Positions 42,601 through 52,879 of a stretch of DNA of 64,000 nucleotides are shown here, piece by piece (the first letter of the stretch is position 1; each line of letters begins with the position of its first letter). The notes beneath the pieces were generated by a model. That model searched no databases and was not told the DNA's origin. It saw only the letters and a program-made list of their open reading frames with translations. The translations under genes were made by a program, and so were the position numbers. Source of the stretch: Trichosphaerium sp. ATCC 40318. Taxonomy: Eukaryota; Protista; Tubulinea. Where the stretch lies: assembly GCA_038496445.1 (NCBI GenBank), contig JALMLS010000199.1, forward strand, positions 24,238 through 88,237. Reading direction: 5' to 3'.

Positions 42601-43130
42601 AACCAACCTAACTGTTGTTGTAGGGAAGTTTTCTAATGTTGAAAGACATCTATATATGGACTATAGCGCTACTGGAGTATATGTCCGAACCATCTTTTAA
42701 TTTAGCAAAGATGCACGTGTACAAAAATCAACACAGCGAAACATTTTGGTATGTACCTACATACTTTTTACTTTGTGTCTATCTTTTACAATAAGTAGGA
42801 GAGATATTTTTAGTATTCTACCACTTGCTATTTGTAGTCGATCCGATGTTACTATATTGGACAGGTACCTGCTGCATACGCTGCATCACAATATTCTAAC
42901 ACGGTTTTTTTCATAAGCTTTAATCAAGCTTGTGCTTCGATTGGAGTAAGCGATGCACAAAGTGCATCTTTAGCGAGCATATTAGGTATACAACCAAAGG
43001 TATTTGTAGTAACTGCGACTATCTCACTTTACTTAAACGGTTTAGGACACGTGTGAATGGATTGATATTTTTAGAGCTATCGGAAAGCGATTTTGTTGCA
43101 TTGACACCTGGCGTACAGTTGAATCTATAG
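39640..43130 (+). CDS. Tandem HEPN-like (2x RNxxxH) - P-loop NTPase (STAND/AAA+-like) - SAM-like protein
   Basis: Start MNRPAKRAK; duplicated domain with RNIICH (40220-40237) and RNVFCH (40986-41003); Walker A LLIVGTPQSGKTT (~41500-41538); Walker B VVVLDDFD; sensor VRLIVAGS; IVRFLNG|H; C-terminal VNGLIFLELSESDF. The last exon may extend to ~43234. Confidence 0.75.
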
Positions 43131-43350
43131 AGTCATTGTTACTCACATGTTATGAATATTTTGGGAGCAAATCAATATTCTTTAATCTTGTTGGTGAGTT
43201 AATAGAACATACAAAGGTTATTAAAGAGCAATAATACCAAGGTGTAGTTGTTGTAGGTTGGTTTTTTGTCAAAATAAATAAATTTGCAATTTATGGTTTA
43301 CAACCTATTATTATACAATGGTGTACACCTATAGGTATACCCTAAATCTT

Positions 43351-46300
43351 TCATTTGGCTTCGTCAGCTGTTGTTTCGCCTTCTTCTTTTTCACCTTCTT
43401 TTTCACCCTCTTCTTTTTCACCTTCTTCTTTCTCACCTTCTTCTTTTTCTTCTTTTTTGTACATCTCAATGCCATATGAAGGGCAAATACGTTTAAGGTT
43501 GTCATACTTTTTATCCATTTCAGCCAAATCTGATGCGTGGCCTTTTAAGCAATTTGTGAGGATATCCTCATCTTTTAACTCTTTAAACATTGGATGCTAA
43601 TGATTGATGTAAGTGTGAATCCTAAACACAATAATGCTACGCTTCATACCATTAATAACACCTCTGCGGAAGGCCGCTTTGTAGGTGCTTTCTGCAAACA
43701 TGCAGCAATATAGCTACGTAATCCTTTGGACCAATGTTCCGCTCTGTAAAAAGTGTGAGTATCAATGTAGATATTGTGATTACGTACTTGAGATTAGGCG
43801 ATTCACTCTTTGATATTTGGAAAAGCGCAGCAATAGGTGATAAGTCCGAGAAAGGAGGCTTACGCTCTGCAATTTCTAAGGTATTGTTGTGAGAATAAAG
43901 TGAGATAATTGGGGTTTTGTACCTATGATTGTGATGCCCAAACTCCAGATATCTACGCTATTTGTATGCCCTTCTCCTTGGAATATCTCTGGGGCCATCC
44001 TATGAATGGAAAAATGAGATATTACGTTCAAAAAAGTATAAAGGTTTACCAATATGGTGATCCAATTGTTGTACTTCTGATTTCTTCTAACGATGATACC
44101 TTGGCTGATATGCCAAAGTCGCCTTAAAAATATTAGTGTTTATACTATCGATAGGATAAACGTACTTAATTTACATTTACCATCAGTACCAAGAAGCACA
44201 TTTTGGGCTTTAAGTAAAGTGTTAGCTAAAGATACGCTACCATAGTGACTTACACTTTATGTCCCTGTGTATGATATTGACAGAATGGAGATACTTAACA
44301 GCTTGTGTAATCTTATACACAATTAATTGTACAATATCTTCAGATAGATCTACAACACAAGTCAGTAACCGAAATTGGCAAAATTGTAAAAAATAAAGCA
44401 GAAAAAAAAGTACCTTCGGTTAATTTATCCAAAACGTTACCCAGACTACTACAATCAAAGTACTCCATGATTACCTATCTCTATAAGTCAATATCACCCG
44501 ATGTGTGCCTCATCTTACCCAATGGTATTCGGAGTGGAAATATGTGGCATAGTATTTGGAAGTATGTTCTGTGTCCAAATGTGCAAGGAATTTAATTTCC
44601 TTTTCTAATTGTTCTTTAACTGTTTTCGAGTTTCCAGGTGTAGTAAGTAGTTTAATTGCTACAATACTTCCTGTTTGTTTATTTTCTCCTCTGAATACTA
44701 TAGACGTAGCACTACAACAATGTCAAAAAACCATCTAGTACAAAATTGCAAAGAATCGAAAAAAAAAAAAGACATTAGAACTGTTGTGGCACTTACCCTT
44801 TACCAACGACATGTGTAAAATTAAAATCTTCCTGAATGTTACCATTTATATATAAATCGTCTGGCTGGGCCTTCTTTAGAAGGATATTTTCGGTACGTAA
44901 ATCTTTCATCTTATTTTCCAACATAGCCAATCGTTTCTAATAATCAGGTAAGGTTCATTGCTTTAATTCTAAATTTAAAAAAAAGGTACATACAGCCATG
45001 GCTTCGAACTCTTTTGTGTTCCTTTTATTACCGCTCTGAGATGGTATAGAACTTCTATTTGATGGCTCTGAGCTACCCTAAAAACGCATAAATTGACATG
45101 AACAACACTTTTGTCCTAGCATTCGAACACAACTTACCGTTTGTCGTTCTAGTCGGAATGCTTTACTTTTTGGTGCTGATGAAACATCATAAGATTCAGA
45201 TGCTGATAGCATAATATTGTTATGTGATTTGGGCGTTTTAGGTGCCTCTTCAACTGTATTTGTTGAATTAATTGATTTTGTTTTAGCAAGGTTAAGTCGC
45301 TTTCTTGACAGTCGTTTAGGTGATGTTTGGATTTTCGGTGTCATTTGTGTATTTGTATCATCTGTTGACGAGGAAGCCACGGAAGCAGCACGTGTTCGCT
45401 GGGCTAGGAATGGGGTGAATAACAAAAAAAGAAAAATGGTAAAATCGTACAGGAAATGTAGCGCTGAGCTGTGTTCTTTAATTGTAGATGTAAAACGACA
45501 GTTGTATCATTGAGCATAACTACGTTGAGTACTACATCTACCTATGTACTTTGTTAGCTGGTAGAGAATTCACATGGACCACTAAGAAAAGAAGTACGCA
45601 CCATGAAGCCACGCTTGTTCTTCATTTTTGTGTCTATGGTGGTCGTACCCATCTTTATCTGGGCTAGTAGTTTATTGCATGTTCTCATGTTAGGTGGCAT
45701 GTATGCCAAGAGTTTTTTACCAACAAATCTACCACGTTTGTACCTTGATGGGATATCAGTACGCCACTCTGACGATTGTAAGTAAAAAAATATAAACACT
45801 AACCCTAAGGCATCAATAGGTCCAGTTACTGTAGTTACACGTGAGTTGTTGACATTGCAAGTAATAAATATGTTATCAGTGTTCATGTGTTCAGATTGTG
45901 ATCGTTGTGTTTGATAAGTTTGAAATGAAGCTTGTGTGGATAGTGTAGCCGAGTTTGATTTAGTTATAGATCCAGACAAAGACACTTCTTGCGCGCTACT
46001 GCTATAACGTCAACGGATTTCTGCTGTGTATTAGAAATGTCACGCACCTCACGTCATCTTCTACAGGGCTAATGTCGCTTCGCTGAGAATCGGCCTGAGT
46101 AGGATTAACTTTTTTAGTATCTCGCGATTTGGCACGTACCCTGTGACTTTTCGTAGACGCAAGTACTTGCAATGGATTGTATGTGAGCGCTGCCATCCAA
46201 CTACGAAGGACTAGGCTTGTCAATAGCTACAGTACATTGTTGCGTTACCTGCTCTTGATGAAACAGCTACTGTGAAGGGTTTTCTCTTTTTTTTTGACTT

Positions 46301-46719
46301 CTTGGCGGTGTTTGGCGTCTGTAGACAGTGTTAATCGAAATTTCGAAAATCTCAAAATTGTTTCTTCAGCAGCGTAAAAATGTAATAACGCGTATACTGT
46401 GTTACATACCAATTGAAAGCAATACTTTCTATCGTTTGTTTTGGTTTCGTTGACAATAAACATGCTAAGAGCTTTGGATTTAACTCTACCGGCTTTCAGT
46501 GCCTATGAAACTGTCAATACTAGCGCGCAAACAATGGATGTTTTACTTTTTGGCTTGATGCATAGGTAAATACTCCGCCCCTCGCTCTACCATAAATTGG
46601 TTTCCATTTTGTACCGTCTTTACGCTCCACAAACCCTTCTTGCTTCTAATGCACATTAAGAGGTGAAATAGAGGAATTATGAATTCAAAGACACATACGA
46701 CGTTTCTTTTGGAGCTCAT
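43351..46719 (-). CDS. PH - PAS - STE20-family Ser/Thr kinase
   Basis: PH: KQEGFVERKDGTKWKPIY...RKYCFQL...LRSWMAAL; PAS-like: IFITCNVNNSRV..LG..GRFVGKKLLAYMP...MKNKRG; kinase: VGKG, VAIK, IIHRDIK, DFG, TIGSPYWMAPE, DIWSLGITII, KRPSA; acidic EGEKE tail. Confidence 0.9.
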
Positions 46720-46827
46720 GTTCAGGAGCTTAACATTCAAAAGAGTTGTTTGGTCTATTTTTGCCAATAAGTCAGTTTTTCCGTAAACCGTCTATTTTTC
46801 CAACCAAAATCCTCAAATAGCTTCGAC

Positions 46828-49027
46828 ATGGGCAACTCACCTCTAAACGCGAACAACTTGCAAGTTGGCATTAGCAGCAAGCAAGCTAAAGATATTCATT
46901 CACAGGTGAGTCACGCCACATAATTTAGCGTTTTCTTTGGATGCTTCGGAAAGCGCTTACCCTAGCTGTGTAGATTGTATTTGAGTACCCATTTTTGTCT
47001 TCAATATGGGAATCTATGGTAGTTTCAGACATGCAACAACCCGACCAACCGATCGTTTTTTGCAACGAGCAGTTCGAGAGAATGACGCACTACCCAAAGG
47101 TATGTCGTTTGGCGCTACTGAAAAACCAAAAATATAGTAATACTCCGACACTTCGTTATCGACTCGTATATCTAATGTTTATATGTCATAGGAAGAGATT
47201 ATTGGTAAAAATTGCCGCTTCCTACAGGTACATAGCTAAAAAAATCAAAAAACAAGCTGAGCTCTTTTCCGAGTTTTAGCCAATTGCACCTATTTATCCG
47301 CTTCTGAAAGCTAACGCACAATTAATAAGGGTCCCCTCACTAACCAAGAGACTGTTCAACAAATTCGCGATTCTATTGCCAACAACGAAGCTTTGGACGT
47401 GGAATTATTGAATTACAGAAAGGATGGTACGCGGTGACACGTTTAACCCAAAGTCAGCATGCTCAGTTTTTACGATTTTCAGCAACACTGTTTGCAACCT
47501 ATATTTATCTTTTGTCCTAAAAACTGACATTCTTAAGGTGTGCCGTTCTGGAATCAATTCGTCATGTTACCAGTCCACAAAAGAAAGTACGAAAAGATAT
47601 CCTAAACTGATATATTTAGTTTTTTTTTTTGTTGGTTGTTGCGTTCAGCGATCTTACTGTACTTTTAGAAAGAGATCCGGTCCTGCTCGGTACTTTATTG
47701 CCATCCAAAAGGATGTAACAATTATGAAAAAGAGCGGCGACCACCCCAAGACATGGATAAAACCAGAGGTTGCAATGTGGCTCGACCATGTTGGTCTGTC
47801 TGAATACGTTCAAGAGTTTTTCAGGCGAGATATAAACGGAAAGGCTCTCGTTAGAATGAGGAAGGTATGTTCGTAACTATTATTGCATGTAGCTAACTCC
47901 ACGCGTTTAGAGCGTGTACAGCAAGATATTTACTGATTCAGAAGATAGAAGAACATTCGAGCAAGCTTTAAACGTACACTTTAATTGTTGTTTGCCGCGA
48001 GAATTTCAGCTACAAACACTTGTTTTTATCGAATTTTTGGTTGCTTTCGTTGTTTTCCTTTTGCTCTTTTTTTGGAAGTTGTTGCGTAGTATTTCTTACT
48101 TTGAGTTGTAGAGCATTATTGCAAAGCCAAAGAATGCATTCGACACTGATAACCAGGATACCAGAAAATACGTTGAGTCTGGTCAGACCATATTACCCTC
48201 AACTGACGTTACCGAAAAACCATTTTGGACAAAAAAAAAGAAAGGTAAAGAGTACTAGATGACTAGGAGTCACTAATTTTGTACCCAACAACTAACCCTT
48301 ATATAGACGGCAAACTGGTTGTTAAATGCCAATACAAAGAGCAGGAGCCTTGGATATTCCAGTATGTCACAGTTGCTATTGCAAAACAGTACTTATGTTA
48401 AATTTAGACTCCGCGTAAAGGGCGCAAGTATAAAACAATTGAAAAAGAAGATTGAACGCCACTATGATCAAACTATGCGTATTCTTACTGAAGACAATAC
48501 TCTAGAAGATGACTACGATCTGTACGTCTATTGTTAAACCAAGTTAAATCCTGATTGCGTTCAAATTAGAAAAGCATGCATCTCTACCCTACCATCCGAA
48601 GTCTTGAACGTACAACTCCGCAAGAAGTACTACGTACCTGTAAAGAGAGTTGAAGAGCATTTAGACTGCCTTACTGTACCTGTATGTATTATTGATGCTG
48701 ATGAAGAACTCGTCTATGCTAACCCAGGATTTAAATCTATGCTTAAAGTGTACGCCAAAACAAACTCTTTATTTACCGTGTAGATCCTTATTGTTGTACT
48801 ATAGAACCATGAGATCATCTATTAGAGAGTATGTTCAAGCAAAGAGCCTCCAGCCAGGCTTAAGAGCTATCAAGCTTAAAGGTGTTGGAAAATGTCTTGT
48901 ACACATTTCAGAAACGCCTGGGTTTACACGCTCACTCATTTTCTGGGAGAGTGATGGCGACGATAGCAGCGGTGTAGACGAAAATGAAAGTGGCGAACAA
49001 GAGAGCGATTCCGTTGAGGAGTCTTAA
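46828..49027 (+). CDS. N-myristoylated LOV - SAM - PB1 - PAS photoreceptor
   Basis: MGNS start; MVVSDMQQPDQPIVFCNEQFERMTHYPK|EEIIGKNCRFLQ|GPLT...LLNYRKDG|VPFWN...YFIAIQKDVT (complete LOV with photoactive Cys and Gln); W..PEVAMWLDHVGLSEY...INGKAL (SAM); VVKCQY...IKQLKKKIERHY...LEDDYDL (PB1); LTVPVCIIDADEELVYANPGF (PAS). Confidence 0.88.
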
Positions 49028-49147
49028 TGTGGCTCACTGTGTATAATTTGTAAAAGAACTAATGTGAAAAAAAGTAATTTTCCTTTTAAAAAGATAGTGT
49101 TGGTTTGTTTATTACAGGTGAGAAGTATGGCACAAGTGAGTTCACAT

Positions 49148-49399
49148 TCAGTTTCTCCGTGCCAGTGGTTGCATTAATACCATGAGATCTTCTTGATTGC
49201 GTTCGCGTTCTACGTGTGCATTTCGCCATTCTGCGTCCGATAGTCCGTAGCGTGATGTATGGTTAATCTGATTTATTGTTGATTCGAACGCTGGTTGTAA
49301 GTGTGCGGATTGCTCTGTAAAGTGCTTGTAGCTTGAATTTGCGTAAGCCACGAAAGTATTGAAAGTGTCACTGAGGTTGAAGCTAGTAGTATCTGACAT
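49148..49399 (-). CDS. Small hypothetical protein (83 aa)
   Basis: ATG-initiated intronless ORF filling the gap between the convergent LOV gene and the divergent mL40 gene; protein-like composition; no recognised motif. Confidence 0.45.
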   Translation of the reverse strand: MSDTTSFNLSDTFNTFVAYANSSYKHFTEQSAHLQPAFESTINQINHTSRYGLSDAEWRNAHVERERNQEDLMVLMQPLARRN

Positions 49400-49515
49400 T
49401 TGAAAAGGTTATTTGAGGTGCGAGGTGCGATGCTGGTGTGTATAGCTAATAATGTTGAATTCAGAGGTCAAAGTTTACAATTTTTTCGTTGAATAAAACT
49501 GTTTTAAACTCAGTA

Positions 49516-50639
49516 ATGTCACAAATTGCAGCACGTCGTTTTATTTGTACTAAAAAGCACACCTTGCTGAATGCAGCACCCTGTAGTACATATGGTGGCC
49601 CACATTTTTTTGGGGAAGTGCTTGGCAATAAAAGGTCTGCCGAGACCCAATAAGACTACCGCAAGCTGAGAGCCTGGCCTTTACTTCAAACGCTTATAAT
49701 GTTACTTCGAACGCTCAATCGTACAGCTGTAACGTCGCAGACTTCACAAATACAATTTACAAGGTAAAATTAACAACTCGCTCAATTACAACTCAAAAAA
49801 TGTAAATAGAGGTATTTCTAAGAGGGCAAAGGCGAAAGACAAAGATTTGATGGCCCAACAACGTAAGGGCCAGGAAGTTCAAAGGCAGAGAGACAGCAGG
49901 CGAGAGGCTGCGACTAAACAGAGCGCTGCTGACGCTGCAAGAAAGCAATTGGAAATAGCGCACACGCCTTTGCTTGCGCCGTACTATTTCGAACCAAAGC
50001 GCACCGAAGAGGAAATAAAGGAGGTACTCTTTCTTTTTGAGTTTTTATCAATTGAACCTTCTTTACTTTTAATTACGCTCAATTGTGCTCACAAATCGCT
50101 AGCGGAATGAAGTTGTGGGAAAATACGGGGCAATGCTCATGTATCATCACAGAATTTTGACAGCTAGCCTTGCCAACAGAATAAGGTACTGTACAACGCG
50201 CCACCAGTTGATTCAAACTGTTGACGAGCCTATCAATCTCTCTGAAATCACTTAGAACACAAAAAATTCATTATACTCATTTCGGTTGTATTAGGCTACG
50301 AAAATTGGCAATTGAAGAAATCCCAGAGGGATACTTGTTAGACGACGCACAAAAAATCGACGATACACCTATTCCTCCAAACTTTATTAGTGTTCGCACT
50401 TTCCCTGCTATTGGCAATCCAATAGGTGACTACCAGAAAGATACTCCATTGGACATGGCTTCACTTGGTATGTTTAAACTTGGTCAGCTTTTTATTTTCT
50501 TTTCTCTTATGTTTATTTTACAGATCAATTCCTCATTCCTGGAGATGAACAAAAGATTCGTATACCTCCTCAAGAAGAAATAGAAGAGCGGGCCAGATGG
50601 GAAAAAGAAAAAGCTGAGATGGAAAAAAACGCAGCGTGA
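49516..50639 (+). CDS. Mitochondrial ribosomal protein mL40-like
   Basis: Presequence MSQIAARRF; RTEEEIKE|RNEVVGKYG...HHR...RLRKLAIEEIP..LLDDAQKIDDTPIP...RTFP resembles the mL40 pattern as recalled. Confidence 0.6.
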
Positions 50640-50704
50640 TTTTTTAATGTGACATGTCACGCTGTGACGTTTTATTTTTTTTCATTTTGGCAGCCCATAC
50701 AAGT

Positions 50705-52714
50705 CTACTCCAACCACTTCAGATCACTCACTAATAGTATATTTCCCGGTAATGGACCTGCGCATGGTGCAAGTACTGTTAGTCTCCGTTTAATTGGATT
50801 TACTTCAGTTCTACAAAAGGCTTATGTGAGCACAATCAAATTGACATATGTATAATAAAAATGACATGTGTTGGCCTACCAAAAAAAGAAAGAAAAACTT
50901 CAAAAAAATAGCGTACACGTAAAGGAATCCTGCAATATTTTGTTCTAGTACATCCTCACTTGAATTTGCATAACAAAGAGCGAGAACGGAATGTGTAATG
51001 TCTTTAGTAGGCGTGACTTCAACAACACTAAAAAAAAAAGTAAGGGCAAAACAACCCACTCATTTTCCAGCCGTACTCCAAGGGATCAGAAATACGCTTA
51101 GCGCCCAATGGTAGCGATGATGCCGGCGCTTGTGGAACTAAAAAGTTTTGTGAGCATTGTGAAGTTGTTTACTATTCTTTTTAGCACCTCCTCCAACTCT
51201 GTAGATCTTGAAATCGGTAAACGAAATTACTGTTGATTGTGGGCTTAAAGTGTCAAAATCGCCATAAAAATATGCTCTGATCCTGCAGACTCTAGATCGC
51301 CTACGAAACGCTGTGTCCCTTGTAACAACCTTTGATTGCGTCAACATAGCATACAATAAATTATAGACGTGCGCCTCCTGATTTTTGCATCTTTATGATT
51401 TCCATCGAAGCTCGTGACGTTTTGAAGTGCTGTTTCAGATCACTGTACAAACGTTCGTGTGCCATTACTAATAAAATAAAAAAAGTGAGTTGTTGAAACA
51501 GGTTCTTTTTGTGACCTACCCAATACAACATCGACTTTAAATTGCTCTATTGAGTACAGGAGTAGCTGGTAGCCAAGGCCATCTACCCAACCACATGTAT
51601 TAATAATCATACCGGCAGCTGCAGCTGGGACAAAGTTAAATAGAACCAAGTACTGAAGCGTTTGTCATACAATCCTTGTTGGCTCCCATGTGCTCATCAA
51701 CATCTTTTGCAAGTCTTGCAAGCTGTTGTTTATATAATCCTACATTCTTTCCTGGAGATGTGTGCCCATAGTAGTAAACTAATGGAGCTTCCAGTCCAAA
51801 TCCGTCCTGAATTTAGGTGTCAAGAAGCCATTGGTTGGGGCTACGCACCTCTAGGTCAATAGGTTTATCTACATTAATTGCAGCAAGCATTCCGGGAGTA
51901 GAAATAGTCCCTTGGCCAACATCCAGATCTACAAAGGTAGCCTGTTTACACATGTTAGAGGTGTTGCATGCTTTAAGCTTATACCTTGTGACTTCTTCGC
52001 GTGGAGTAATTACATAGTATCCTACATAGCGCTTATATCGTAGTTAGTTGTTGAAAAAAAAGATTCAGGTTTTTTTTGTTTTCTTTTTAACTCACATGAT
52101 TTTCCGGAATCTGTAGCTCCAACAATCATTACTCTTGGGCCAGCTGCACCGTTCTTCTTTGCTAGCTCTCGTTTTTCATGAAGAACTTGATGTGTGTTTA
52201 TATACAGAACCTACAGCATTATCAGAAGGAAAAAGGCTATGATAGAGGCTATGCAGCCATACCATTGGTGTCTCATCGGCAATATATGAGTGGCAGTCAC
52301 CAACTATACTGTAGTCAGCGATGTAATACTTGATTCATTTTTTCTCTTTGACAGATGTTTAGTTAGATGTAAGTACCAATTTCAACCTTTGCACCGTGCC
52401 ATGTGAATATACAACTGCGCAAAACAAGTAAATAAGACAACGAGGTATCGGTTTATCGTACCCGTTGGTAGTTTTGAAGGAATAATATTTGTCAATTGCG
52501 AGTTCTGTGCCAAAACACTCAGCATCGCCGTCAATCAGCTAATTTGAGCGTTAGGCATGTATAAGAAGTCTCTCAACAACAATTATTTTTCAACTATTTT
52601 GTAAGTTACCTTTATTTGAATTTTAGAGTCTCCAACTTCAAATCTAAGCTCATTTTCGCGTTCCAGAGTCCATACGCGTTTGTTACCGCCTGTTGTTTGG
52701 TCTGTCGCTGACAT
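50705..52714 (-). CDS. CLP1: Polyribonucleotide 5'-hydroxyl kinase / mRNA cleavage factor Clp1
   Basis: WTLERENELRFEV; GDAECFGTEL; IFTWHGAKV; ETPM; GPRVMIVGATDSGKS; FVDLDVGQG; GMIINTCGWV; RIRAYFYG; NIAGFL. Confidence 0.92.
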
Positions 52715-52879
52715 TGTAGAAAAGCGTCTTGCAAGATGTGTGGGCACACTAGTTTACAACTGTCACAGAAAATGCGTTGAGAAATCTGGTAAAATCCTTG
52801 GCGGTTTTTCATCACAAAACGGCCTTTGACTCAATTGTAGGCTGCAAGACTCAATTGAAACATCGGTGGACACGTTACG

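Noticed and set aside
43371-43457. 15-bp tandem repeat
   Set aside because: It is simply the coding EGEKE low-complexity tail of the kinase.
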